This document shows positions 49,672 through 59,152 of a stretch of 64,000 bases of DNA, piece after piece. Each line of letters begins with the position of its first letter. Within the stretch, counting starts at the first letter, position 1. This stretch comes from Bacteroidota bacterium (lineage in GTDB: Bacteria; Bacteroidota; Bacteroidia; Bacteroidales; VadinHA17), in assembly GCA_029547705.1 (NCBI GenBank), contig JAKPOU010000028.1:55982-119981 (forward strand), in the 5' to 3' direction. The notes beneath the pieces were generated by a model that made no database searches, was not told the DNA's origin, and saw only the letters and a list, made by a program, of their open reading frames with translations. The position numbers and the translations under genes are program-made.

Positions 49672-50688
49672 ATGAATATTGAATCAGGAAATAAAATGAA
49701 ACGAAGGGATTTTGTAGGAAAAACAATGATTGCAGGTGGAATGATGGCTCCGGCTGCCGGTTTGATGTCTCCCGGGCCACAGGGAAGACCTGTTCCGCCT
49801 GATGAGGAAATAGTCATAGAGAGAGCTGTCGCAGGCAGGCCTCATGAAGGAAAAGTGCTGGCGGTAATACAGCCTCATTGTGATGATATAGCCTATTTTG
49901 CGGCTGGCACCGTAGCCAAGCTCATCCATGAGGGCTATACTGCATACCTGATCAGGACGACCAATGATGATGCCGCGGGAAGCGGCAGTTCATACGGGGA
50001 GAGAGTCCTGAACAATGAAAAATCCAATGAGGCATTTGCAAGGGTGATGGGTTTCAAAAAGGTCTATGACCTCGGGTACCGTAATCACAGGATGGATGAA
50101 TACAATATCCAGGAAATAAAAGGAAGGCTCATATTCCTGTTCAGGCTTCTGAAAGTTGATACTATTGTCAGCTTTGATCCCTGGGACCATTATGAAGAGA
50201 ACCCCGACCACTACGTTACTGCCCGTGCTGTTGAGGCGGCACGCTGGATGGCAGGAATGGGTACCGACTATCCCGAACAGCTTGAAGTGGTTGACCCTCA
50301 TCCGGTGATCGAAAGGTATTATTACGCTAGAGGACCCCAGGTCTTCAACCGTATCGTTGACATTTCCGGTTTCATCGACAGAAAAACTGAAGCCAATATG
50401 GCTGTTATAGCCCAGGGCAGCGGCGGACACGCCGGATCAAACCTCAGGAAAAGACTGGCAGCGGAAGGAAAGAAACTTCCGCTTCTCGGCAATGACGACC
50501 GTACCGCCGATTTCAACTACATCAAGAATTTCATGCTGGACATGTATTCTGAACAGATGAGAGGCATCCCGTCCGACAGGGAACTCGGAAAATATTACGG
50601 ACTTGAATGGGCTGAACGGTTCAGGTATTTCGGTCCTCAAAAATCCGGACTGAATGATTACATCAGTAAAAATGCGGTGAAATTATAG
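49672..50688 (+). CDS. PIG-L/LmbE-family deacetylase with Tat-type signal
   Basis: KRRDFVGKTMIAGGMMAPAAG twin-arginine leader. IQPHCDDIAYFAAG is a PIG-L motif variant. The start could be 49696. Confidence 0.75.
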   Translation: MNIESGNKMKRRDFVGKTMIAGGMMAPAAGLMSPGPQGRPVPPDEEIVIERAVAGRPHEGKVLAVIQPHCDDIAYFAAGTVAKLIHEGYTAYLIRTTNDDAAGSGSSYGERVLNNEKSNEAFARVMGFKKVYDLGYRNHRMDEYNIQEIKGRLIFLFRLLKVDTIVSFDPWDHYEENPDHYVTARAVEAARWMAGMGTDYPEQLEVVDPHPVIERYYYARGPQVFNRIVDISGFIDRKTEANMAVIAQGSGGHAGSNLRKRLAAEGKKLPLLGNDDRTADFNYIKNFMLDMYSEQMRGIPSDRELGKYYGLEWAERFRYFGPQKSGLNDYISKNAVKL

Positions 50689-50786
50689 TTATCCATGCAA
50701 GTCCCCGATTAAGTACTGCTTCATGTCGTAACGGCCTGTTCTTCTATCAGTTTCGAAGGCAACAGGCGGATCCGGAATGATAAATA

Positions 50787-51359
50787 TTATGGTCTGACAG
50801 TGCCGGTAAGGCACCATGTGTCGGTGAATTGCTTATGCCTGCTGATAAAATCATCAGTGGCGAAATCGAAGGGGCAGTATGATAATTCTCCCTTGTCCCT
50901 GTCACTCTTGTTTATCTGAAGCTCGGTCCGGTCACCATTTCCAACTTTGCCGAGAACAGTACCGGCATCAACTTTATCGCCCTTTTTCACATTCAGATCA
51001 ACGACATGATCGTAAATCAGTTTGAAAACAGAAGCTGATGATGTCTTAATCCATACCTCGTAATCGGGAAAGTTGTCATTCAGCCTGATGTCTTCCACAT
51101 AGCCGGCACAAACAGATCTCACCTCAACGGATGAACCGTTTACATAATACTCAAAGGCAGGATTTTTCTGTCCAGGCCTGAGATCGGCACCAAATGGTAT
51201 TATATGCCTGACTGTTGTGATATCAACCGGTGTCACTGACAAAACAGGTGGCGTTTCATCATCCTTCTGTCCGCTTTTCCTGCAGGCAACAGCCACCTGG
51301 GAAATGATAACCATCACAATAACCAGTCTGGTTTTCCAGGATGCTGACATTTTTTTCAT
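50787..51359 (-). CDS. lipoprotein of unknown function, last gene of the BlaI/BlaR1-like operon
   Basis: 190 aa. Lipobox VAVAC. A barrel-like KKGDKVDAGTVLGKVGNG segment with no HxH metal site. The start overlaps the upstream stop by 4 nt. Confidence 0.65.
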   Translation of the reverse strand: MKKMSASWKTRLVIVMVIISQVAVACRKSGQKDDETPPVLSVTPVDITTVRHIIPFGADLRPGQKNPAFEYYVNGSSVEVRSVCAGYVEDIRLNDNFPDYEVWIKTSSASVFKLIYDHVVDLNVKKGDKVDAGTVLGKVGNGDRTELQINKSDRDKGELSYCPFDFATDDFISRHKQFTDTWCLTGTVRP

Positions 51360-53095
51360 GACCTGTGCCTTTTCCCCTTTTGTCCGGAATCATTACCGGG
51401 TGTGACAGATCCGGTTTTCGTGGTTATTTCAATCACTCCGTCTTTCCCTTCCACTCCATAACGCCTGAAAGCAAAATCACCCTTCAAAACATTGACGGAT
51501 TTGATAATTTCAGGATCTATTGAATTTATACTGATATCTTTAATGATACCGTCAACTATTATAAGAGGATTGCTCATCGGTCCGGAAGAGCTGCCGGGTA
51601 TTGGTATACCGGTATTCTTTAATGACGATATGGCAGCATCATTGTCCCTGCCCGCGGGCGGTGGCGGCGGCGGTGGCGGAGGTGGCGGCGGCGGCGGCGG
51701 AGGTGGCGGCGGCGGCGGAGGCGGAGGTGGCGGGGGTGGAGGAGGCGGAGGCGGTGGAGGCGGTGGAGGGGGAGGAATACCGGCTTCATTATTCAATACC
51801 TTTATAGTGTCCTGAACCATTGATATCTTCATTCCGGAGCCAAATACAGGCTTCAGTACCATCGTTTTGAATCCCACATAACTCACAACAAGTACGGCAT
51901 CATCCGGAACATTGTCAAGCTGAAAAAATCCCTTGTTATCCGAAATTGTTCCGGTTGTTGTTCCTTTTATCACTATTACAGCACCTTCAAGCGGCTTTCC
52001 GTCCTTCCGGACAATTACCCCTCTTAATCCTTCAGGCATGATGGCTGAAACGGGAATTATCACCTCTGTCCCGGCCCCGGTTTTCTGTACGGCTTCTCCT
52101 GTTGAAATACCGGATCCTACGGGAAGGGCATCACTGCTTCCTTTATCCGCAGCCTTGCTTCCTTCAGATAAGATCCCTGCAACCGGATTACCTGCACCCG
52201 GATTTTCATTTATATTAATATATCTGTACTCAGGTTCTGAGAATGAATACAGGATAATTGCAAAAACAGGAAGAATCAACAGTACTTTGAACTTCCTGAA
52301 TGGTGAGGTTTCTGTTTTTTTCATCATGTGAAACCGTTTTTTGTTAAGTGAATAATTAAATGAGTTTGTAAGACTGATGACCTTTGAATTAAACAGCTGA
52401 TTTATCAAAGCTGCCCTGTAGAGAGCCGGATTTGCCGAGACCTGAAGGGCTTGTTCATCAGCAAGATATTCATGGTTCTGCCTTATAAGACCGGAATATA
52501 TCCAGCTGAACGGATTTATCCATTGCACTGCACGCAGCAATTCACATAATAATAGGTCAAACCAGTGATTCTGACGGACATGAGCCAGTTCGTGGTTCAT
52601 AATCTCCTCAGCTTCATCTTCTCCAACAGCAGGATCAATGAAAATATAGTTGAAGAATGAGAATGACGAGGGAAATCCCGAAACCCTGACAAGCTTTATG
52701 GATCCACGGCAATTAACACCTGCTCTGCGGATTGTATCCCTGAGCAGGAGAAGATGCCATAAAATCCTGTATAACAGAAATAATACACCGGAAAGATAGA
52801 TGATGAACATTACTGCTGACAGAAGGGAAGTACCGGACATATTCCCTTTTGCCTCTGCTATCGCATCTTCCGTAACCGGCAACACTGATACTATCCCGTT
52901 TTGTGAGCCTGCCGGAACTTCCACCTGATAGTGAATGGTAATAAACGGGAAAGCAAATGAAACTATAATGCCGGTAAGAAGATACAAACGGTTCAGTAAA
53001 AAAAATCTTTCGTTCCGCAGAAATAAAAGATAAACAGCAGCAAATCCTGTCAGCCACAGTGCCGACTTTGCCATATACAATATAAACGTTTCCAT
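51356..53095 (-). CDS. BlaR1/MecR1-like M56 peptidase-family sensor with CarboxypepD_reg-like domain, poly-proline spacer and TonB-dependent-receptor plug-like C-terminus
   Basis: 579 aa. TM helices. HELAHVRQNH (HEXXH). GAVIVIKGTTTGTISDNKGFFQL. 40 consecutive Pro. PLIIVDGI..IKSVNVLKG..YGVEGKDGVIEITTK. Confidence 0.85.
   Translation of the reverse strand: METFILYMAKSALWLTGFAAVYLLFLRNERFFLLNRLYLLTGIIVSFAFPFITIHYQVEVPAGSQNGIVSVLPVTEDAIAEAKGNMSGTSLLSAVMFIIYLSGVLFLLYRILWHLLLLRDTIRRAGVNCRGSIKLVRVSGFPSSFSFFNYIFIDPAVGEDEAEEIMNHELAHVRQNHWFDLLLCELLRAVQWINPFSWIYSGLIRQNHEYLADEQALQVSANPALYRAALINQLFNSKVISLTNSFNYSLNKKRFHMMKKTETSPFRKFKVLLILPVFAIILYSFSEPEYRYININENPGAGNPVAGILSEGSKAADKGSSDALPVGSGISTGEAVQKTGAGTEVIIPVSAIMPEGLRGVIVRKDGKPLEGAVIVIKGTTTGTISDNKGFFQLDNVPDDAVLVVSYVGFKTMVLKPVFGSGMKISMVQDTIKVLNNEAGIPPPPPPPPPPPPPPPPPPPPPPPPPPPPPPPPPPPPPPPPAGRDNDAAISSLKNTGIPIPGSSSGPMSNPLIIVDGIIKDISINSIDPEIIKSVNVLKGDFAFRRYGVEGKDGVIEITTKTGSVTPGNDSGQKGKRHRS
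51656..51775 (-). repeat. 40 consecutive proline codons (imperfect CCN repeat; GGN on the plus strand)
   Basis: I counted codon by codon in the frame of the 51356-53095 ORF. The run is flanked by Ile (51776-51778) and Ala (51653-51655). Confidence 0.95.
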
Positions 53096-53472
53096 TATTT
53101 TTCCTTATTCTTCATCCGAAGCTCCTTTTTCGTATCTTCAAGCAGTTCATCCAGTTCCCCTATCGAAAGATCTTTTTCTCTTGCAAAGAATGATGCCATT
53201 GCAGGAAATGAGTTATCAAAATAGCTTTCCAGCAGTCTGAAAAGCTGTTTCCCGGAATATTCGTCTTTCGAAATGACAGGAAAATAAACATAAACATTTC
53301 CATAAGCCTTATGCTTTACAAATCCCTTCTTTTCCAGGACCCTGACAACAGTTGAAACTGTATTCCGTGCAGGCTTGGGATCCTCGAAACGGTCACGTAT
53401 ATCCCTGACCACTCCTTCACCCAGATCCCACAATATCTGCATAACCTGTTCCTCAGCGCGTGTAAGTCTCAT
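53095..53472 (-). CDS. BlaI/MecI/CopY-family transcriptional repressor
   Basis: 125 aa. MRLTRAEEQVMQILWDLGEGVVRDIRD...TVSTVVRVLEKKGFV is a winged helix. The stop overlaps the sensor gene's start. Confidence 0.9.
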   Translation of the reverse strand: MRLTRAEEQVMQILWDLGEGVVRDIRDRFEDPKPARNTVSTVVRVLEKKGFVKHKAYGNVYVYFPVISKDEYSGKQLFRLLESYFDNSFPAMASFFAREKDLSIGELDELLEDTKKELRMKNKEK

Positions 53473-53520
53473 TTTATATCAAATAATTATGGTATGACAT
53501 CATAACAAATCAGGACATAA

Positions 53521-53552
53521 CAAATATATGACTATTTTGATAGTCATGCAAA
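53521..53552 (-). promoter_or_regulatory. candidate promoter of the blaI-like operon (-33 TTTG, -7 TATATTTG on the minus strand)
   Basis: The reverse complement shows TTTG (53549-53552) and TATATTTG (53521-53528), separated by 20 nt. It lies 49 nt upstream of the ATG at 53472. Confidence 0.45.
53528..53547. promoter_or_regulatory. perfect palindrome ATGACTAT-TTTG-ATAGTCAT, candidate BlaI-family operator
   Basis: 8-4-8 perfect inverted repeat that fills the spacer between the putative -33 and -7 elements. Confidence 0.5.
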
Positions 53553-53567
53553 TTTTTTTTAATAAAA

Positions 53568-53587
53568 ATGACTACGATTTTAGTCGT
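53568..53587. promoter_or_regulatory. second operator-like site ATGACTA-N6-TAGTCGT
   Basis: Same 7-6-7 geometry as site 1 with one mismatch. It starts exactly 40 bp from site 1. Confidence 0.4.
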
Positions 53588-53738
53588 ATTTGTAATTGCC
53601 TGATCTGACTGTTCCGTCTGACATGTTTTCCTGGTTTTCATAGAAAGAATATCCAGGACTTCAGTATTTGGTTCATTTATTTTCGATGAACAAATAATTT
53701 TACCTAATTTGCAGAACAGAATCTAAAACTTGTAAACC

Positions 53739-54476
53739 ATGAAGAAACGTATTATTTATCTTTTTTCAGTGACGCTTATTTTTTTCATCACTCTCGCGTC
53801 ATGTGCAGAAGGTCCCAATAAACTCACCGGACAGGAAAAGAAAGACGGCTGGACACTTCTCTTCAACGGTAAGGATTTCACCGGATGGAGGCAGTACGGC
53901 GGCAGCGGGATGCCCTCAAACTGGGCCATTGAAGACAATGCCATGAAGGTGTTTTTAGCAGAAGGGAAAAGAGAAGGACAGGGTGCAGGCGGAGACATAA
54001 TCTATGCATCCAGGGAATTCAGGAATTTCGAACTGTCAATTGACTGGAAAACAGCACCGAAGGGCAACTCAGGCATTTTCTACTATGTGAAGGAAACTCC
54101 CGGATCGGCCATATACTCTGCATCACCCGAGATACAGGTACTGGACAATGAAAATGCAAGCGACAATAAAATCGACAGTCACCTGGCAGGTTCTCTCTAT
54201 GACATGCTTCCCGCCATACCACAAAACGCCAGGCCCGCGGGTGAATGGAACACCATTGTCATCCGGGTTAAGGACGGCAGGGTGACACATACCCAGAACG
54301 GTGAGAAAGTGGTGGAATACGAACTGTGGACTCCCGGATGGGATAAACTGGTCGAAAACAGCAAATTCAGGAATTTTCCCGGATTCACAGCGGGAATTCC
54401 AAGAGAGGGCTATATAGGACTTCAGGACCACGGCTACACAATCTGGTTCAGGAATATCAAGATAAGGGAGTTGTAA
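53739..54476 (+). CDS. DUF1080 (3-keto-disaccharide hydrolase-like) lipoprotein
   Basis: 245 aa. Lipobox LASC. GWTLLFNGKDFTGWRQ, NSGIFY, GYIGLQDHGYTIWFRNIKIREL. Confidence 0.85.
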   Translation: MKKRIIYLFSVTLIFFITLASCAEGPNKLTGQEKKDGWTLLFNGKDFTGWRQYGGSGMPSNWAIEDNAMKVFLAEGKREGQGAGGDIIYASREFRNFELSIDWKTAPKGNSGIFYYVKETPGSAIYSASPEIQVLDNENASDNKIDSHLAGSLYDMLPAIPQNARPAGEWNTIVIRVKDGRVTHTQNGEKVVEYELWTPGWDKLVENSKFRNFPGFTAGIPREGYIGLQDHGYTIWFRNIKIREL

Positions 54477-54637
54477 CAGCCCCGGATTCCGTTTGCACCT
54501 TCCCGGTCATATACTGTCCGGTTCCGGTCACAAACAGAATTCCCGTCTGAACGGGATCTGCTGAAATCTAAATAATTGTCACAAAATTCAAGAATGTTAT
54601 CCCGTGTAACGGATACATCAAAAAACCTAATGATTAT

Positions 54638-57316
54638 ATGAAAAGGAAAATCACATGGCTCGCAGGCGCAATACTTTTTGCCCTTTCCTCTTTCTTGAAC
54701 AGTTCAACGGCACAGCAGCTGACAGACTATAACTACAGGGGGTCACTCGACGTTCTGAGCAATACAGTCAGCAACGACGTTCAGTTCAACGGCTATACAA
54801 ACCACTGGTGGAATGATTACAAGAAATGGTACAGATACGGAAGCCTTTATAAAATAGTAATCCCCGATGTTGAAAGAAAAATTATCCAGAGCAGGATTGA
54901 CATGGCAGAAGACATGAACCTTCCGGGTCTCTGGATGCAGGAAGGTTTTCTTACAGGCTGGCTTGAGGGACAATGCACCCTGCTTGACAACCCGTCCCCG
55001 GCAGAGCTCTCGGCTGCTGCCGCCGGAGGCAACGTACTGGTGATCACTTCTCCCGCATCGGAAACGGGAAAGATACTTCATGCAAAATATCCGGGTAATG
55101 AAAAATGGAAGCGGATCCTGAAAAGCTATCAGTTCAATGATCCTTTCCTGACAGTGATAGACGCATTCATACTCGAAAACGGAAACCGGAAAATATTCGT
55201 GATCTCTTCCGGCAGTCATGCAGCGGCACTGAAAGTAAAAGACCTGATGGAAAATGTAAAATCTGTTCTTTCAAAATATGATCTGCACAAGGGATGGTTT
55301 GCCACTGAAACTCTCCTGAAATCAGTGACCTGCACACCCGGACATCCTCTTGAAATAATCGGCAGGGGAATGAATGAGGGCAACTCCTGGTTTGTCTTCA
55401 ACGGTTATATGGATTTCCTAATGAAGGATGAACTGGATGACTGGCTCTCAAGAACAAAACTGCCGGTAGTAGGAGACGTCGGCTTCTCTCCCGTTTTCGG
55501 ACTCGACAACTATGACGGACTTCAGGTGCAGGACATGCCCGACAGGCAGTCATGGATAGATTTTGCACATTCCAGGAACGGATACGTCTTCCGTCCTGTC
55601 TGGGACCCGGGAAGCGATCCCTATCACTATGACGGCTACATAGCCACGGCAGGCAACAAGCTGCAGATAGACAACGAGAATGTTCCGTTCATAGTAAATA
55701 CCGGCGGACTGCTGAATAATCTTGTCCCTTCAATGGTCCTGTTCATAGACAAGGGTGAAAAGCTTACAAAAAAGCAGCTCTTTGATGCCATCATGGCACG
55801 GAGAGAGGTGGGCATTACACAGGAAGGAATCGTGATGGGTCCTGCTGAGTTCAGAACGGCAATGCAGATGCTCTTCCTCGACAGGGTATACCTGGAAAAT
55901 TATTTCGGTGACCGGATCGATCTGGATGCGGTAATGGACGGTTATACCCTCAGCTTCAGCATCAGCAACACTTATGACCAGCCCGTGACCGGGACATGGG
56001 ACGTTCAGCTTCCCGAGGGAATACAGACAGATGAATCACTTTCATCATCGGTAACGATTCCGGCCGGGGGCAGTACGACTGTCCGCGTGAACATAAGGCC
56101 CGGTGCCGGGGGAATGGATTATCCCAATCCCATTGTAGCCGGTTTCAAATGGGGCGGAAATGAGAAGTACACCATGTGCGTAATGGAAATGCCTCCCGCC
56201 ATTTCCGTTCATAAACTTATCTACGGACATGCACCGGTGGTATCATTCCCCGTAAGCATCCATAACTTCAGCGGGGAAAGCAGGTATCCGGTAACTGTAA
56301 GGGTGATTGACGGCAAAAGGCCGTCAAAGCCTGTATTCACCTCAACACAGTACGGAACAAATCCCACGGGAACATATACAGATCTCAGATTTGACCTTAA
56401 AGTGCCTGCAGGAAACTACGAAGTGGAAGTGACTGCCCTGGGAATAAAAGCATTCAGTCAGCTCGGTGTCGGCAGGGCTTCAGGAAAAGTATATGCCTAT
56501 GCCACCGACCTTAATAATGACGGGATAGATGAATTCAGGCTTGAAAACGACAGTGTAAGAATAACACTTCTTGCAACAGGGGCAAGAGTGATTGAATATA
56601 TTGTAAAGAGCCGCAATGATAATGTCCTCTTCAAGCTATGGCCCGAAAAGTCCGGAGATGACAAACGTCCGAACCGTTTGTGGGGATATTACCCCTATGG
56701 CGGTTTTGAGGATTTCCTCGGCCAGGCAAGTATGGAAACCCATAAGGTTTATGATGCCGAGCTTGTAAAAAGCGAAGGAGACTATGTACAGGTGAGAATG
56801 AGCGCCGATTATTACGGGAACAAGCTGGAAAAGACCTTCACCCTTTATGGGAATTCTCCCCTTCTTGAGGTGCGTTATGCCCTGAAGTTCATCAATCCCG
56901 AAGCCAATGTCATCGGGCCCCAGCCTATTCTGGAACTGGGAGAATCACACTGGACCGAAGACGTGTTCATTACACCCACAATAGGAGGCCGTGAGGAACT
57001 CCGGATGCGGCCGGAGGACTATTACGGAAGGGCATTAATGATTGAGGAAGGCTGGAACGCAGGCTACGACACGAAAGAAGATATAGCCTTCATAGGTGCC
57101 TTCCCTGTTGAACAACCAATCTTCCTTCATATGTGGATGAATCATCCCCGGAACAGTGATGCACACCATTATTATGTTGAATTCCAGCCATGGACACCGA
57201 TATATCAGAAAAATACAATGTATTTTACCTATTACCTGTGGGGATCGGGAGGCAAATGGGAATCAGCCCTTAAGGAAATGAGAAACAGAAACCTGATATC
57301 AGTACGTAAAAAATAA
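54638..57316 (+). CDS. large secreted protein of unknown function
   Basis: 892 aa with signal peptide (..SSTAQQ). I recognise no catalytic motif. First gene of a tight three-gene cluster. Confidence 0.75.
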   Translation: MKRKITWLAGAILFALSSFLNSSTAQQLTDYNYRGSLDVLSNTVSNDVQFNGYTNHWWNDYKKWYRYGSLYKIVIPDVERKIIQSRIDMAEDMNLPGLWMQEGFLTGWLEGQCTLLDNPSPAELSAAAAGGNVLVITSPASETGKILHAKYPGNEKWKRILKSYQFNDPFLTVIDAFILENGNRKIFVISSGSHAAALKVKDLMENVKSVLSKYDLHKGWFATETLLKSVTCTPGHPLEIIGRGMNEGNSWFVFNGYMDFLMKDELDDWLSRTKLPVVGDVGFSPVFGLDNYDGLQVQDMPDRQSWIDFAHSRNGYVFRPVWDPGSDPYHYDGYIATAGNKLQIDNENVPFIVNTGGLLNNLVPSMVLFIDKGEKLTKKQLFDAIMARREVGITQEGIVMGPAEFRTAMQMLFLDRVYLENYFGDRIDLDAVMDGYTLSFSISNTYDQPVTGTWDVQLPEGIQTDESLSSSVTIPAGGSTTVRVNIRPGAGGMDYPNPIVAGFKWGGNEKYTMCVMEMPPAISVHKLIYGHAPVVSFPVSIHNFSGESRYPVTVRVIDGKRPSKPVFTSTQYGTNPTGTYTDLRFDLKVPAGNYEVEVTALGIKAFSQLGVGRASGKVYAYATDLNNDGIDEFRLENDSVRITLLATGARVIEYIVKSRNDNVLFKLWPEKSGDDKRPNRLWGYYPYGGFEDFLGQASMETHKVYDAELVKSEGDYVQVRMSADYYGNKLEKTFTLYGNSPLLEVRYALKFINPEANVIGPQPILELGESHWTEDVFITPTIGGREELRMRPEDYYGRALMIEEGWNAGYDTKEDIAFIGAFPVEQPIFLHMWMNHPRNSDAHHYYVEFQPWTPIYQKNTMYFTYYLWGSGGKWESALKEMRNRNLISVRKK

Positions 57317-57328
57317 AACCATCAGAAA

Positions 57329-59152
57329 ATGAAGTCATCAAAAAAAACAGCAGTTGTATTACTATTGGCACTTCTCCTGATTCTTCCGCTTACAGGACAA
57401 GTGGCAAAGCAAAAGGAATCCCTGCAGATAAAGAATATTGAATTACTATATCCGAGTCCGGCAGTTCCGTATTATCATCTGAAAGCAGATCTGGAGCTGC
57501 CCCGTTCCTCAATGATTGAGGTTGAAGCAGAAGTGAACGGAAAGGTTCTCCGTTACCTGAACCTTCACAAGGCTGGAGAGGAGGAAGATCCTTCCCTCCC
57601 GGCAATGACCCATCGTCCGCCTTCGGGTGCAGGCCTTTCCCAGGACAACACCCTGTACAGGGACATGAGCATCACGGGATGGGTCAAATGGCAGCCCGGA
57701 CAGAATTACCGGATAAAACTCAGTGTGAGGATGAAGGATAATATCCAGGCTTCACCTAAAGATCAGATCATTTCAGCAGTGAGGACACTTACTGCTCCTG
57801 AAAAGGTAAAAACATTCGACCCTGCCTGGAAAAGCTATAAATCGGTTGTTCTGACCGAAACCGCGGGAATAGACAGAAAGGCTGAACCCGTTGAGGTTCT
57901 CCTTGCATTCTATCCCGACGAGGCAGAGGATATCAAGAGGGATATAAGGGTGGTTGCAGTTGATCCTGTCAGCTATGAACTGACAGAAGTCACGTCACAG
58001 GTTTATGATCTTCAGCAGTATCTGGTGGAGGATGACCTTGCCCCCGATGAAAACGGAAGACCCACCAGGGATGTTCCTGTCTGGTTCCCGACAGTGTCGG
58101 CAAGAGTTGCCTTCCTGGCAGATGTGCCGGCCCGCTCCAGCCGTATCTTCCATATTTACTACAACAACCCGGATGCACTGTCGAAGGTGTACATGTCGGA
58201 TCTGACTGTTCAGGGCGAAGGCCCCGGACTCCAGATCGAGAACCGGCACCTGTCGGTTGTCCTTCATCCCAAATCAGGGCACCTCGACCAGATAACACTC
58301 AAGAACAAATCCGGTTTCCCGCTTTATCACCGCAAGGAAACAAACGGTGCCATCCACTGGAATCCTGAAATCTATACTCCGCCCAGACCCTGGACCCATA
58401 CATCCGACTGGGATCCGCCACAGAACATAAGTTCATACTCCGGTCCGGTGAAGGCAGAAACAGCTGTATGGGGCAATCTCCGGGAAATACCCGAAGTGGA
58501 CGCTTCCGTCAGATATGAGTTTTATCCCGGCAAACCCTATTTCATCAGTTCAACAACGATGAGGATAAATGAAACCATGCACTGCAATGCACTCCGCAAT
58601 GCCGAGATAGTGATAAAGAGGGAACTGATAACCCATGCCGCATGGTATGACGTTATCAGGGATAAGGTCATCATATATGACGTAACGAAGATGCCGGATC
58701 TGACCGACCTCTTCATGGAAGCAGATGTTCCGTGGATCACTTTCTACAACCAGGAGGAAGGAGTGGGTTTTGCAGGCATTCAGCTTGAGTATTCAAATTC
58801 CGGACTCGAGAATCCTGCCAGGCTTCTCAATCCCTTCTTCTATATAACAGGAGGCCCGTGGATATACTGGGCAAGGGCATTATCCCTGCCCTTCCTTTCC
58901 TCGAACATGCAGCAATTGGTGCCGGCAATGAAAGGAAACGTATTTTCAGAAAAATGGGCTTACCTGATGTATGAAACGGCAAAGGGTGCGGAACCCTATG
59001 CTCCTGTTCTTGAACATATGAAAGCACTGACCAGTCCCCTGCGCATTCAGCTGGTGGAAGAAGTGGATGACAGGGTGTCAAAGACAGTTACCGAACTCTA
59101 TGTAGGCGAAGGCAGAACAGGTTGGGAAGGGCGTGATACCGGAAGGCACTAG
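57329..59152 (+). CDS. secreted protein of unknown function
   Basis: 607 aa with signal peptide. Lies 12 nt after the previous gene. No recognised motif. Confidence 0.75.
   Translation: MKSSKKTAVVLLLALLLILPLTGQVAKQKESLQIKNIELLYPSPAVPYYHLKADLELPRSSMIEVEAEVNGKVLRYLNLHKAGEEEDPSLPAMTHRPPSGAGLSQDNTLYRDMSITGWVKWQPGQNYRIKLSVRMKDNIQASPKDQIISAVRTLTAPEKVKTFDPAWKSYKSVVLTETAGIDRKAEPVEVLLAFYPDEAEDIKRDIRVVAVDPVSYELTEVTSQVYDLQQYLVEDDLAPDENGRPTRDVPVWFPTVSARVAFLADVPARSSRIFHIYYNNPDALSKVYMSDLTVQGEGPGLQIENRHLSVVLHPKSGHLDQITLKNKSGFPLYHRKETNGAIHWNPEIYTPPRPWTHTSDWDPPQNISSYSGPVKAETAVWGNLREIPEVDASVRYEFYPGKPYFISSTTMRINETMHCNALRNAEIVIKRELITHAAWYDVIRDKVIIYDVTKMPDLTDLFMEADVPWITFYNQEEGVGFAGIQLEYSNSGLENPARLLNPFFYITGGPWIYWARALSLPFLSSNMQQLVPAMKGNVFSEKWAYLMYETAKGAEPYAPVLEHMKALTSPLRIQLVEEVDDRVSKTVTELYVGEGRTGWEGRDTGRH

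Noticed and set aside
51492-51815. Plus-strand poly-Gly and poly-Ala/Val/Glu ORFs across the GGN tract
   Set aside because: They are frame artefacts of the CCN repeat. The minus-strand frame continues into recognisable M56 and plug-like domains on both sides.
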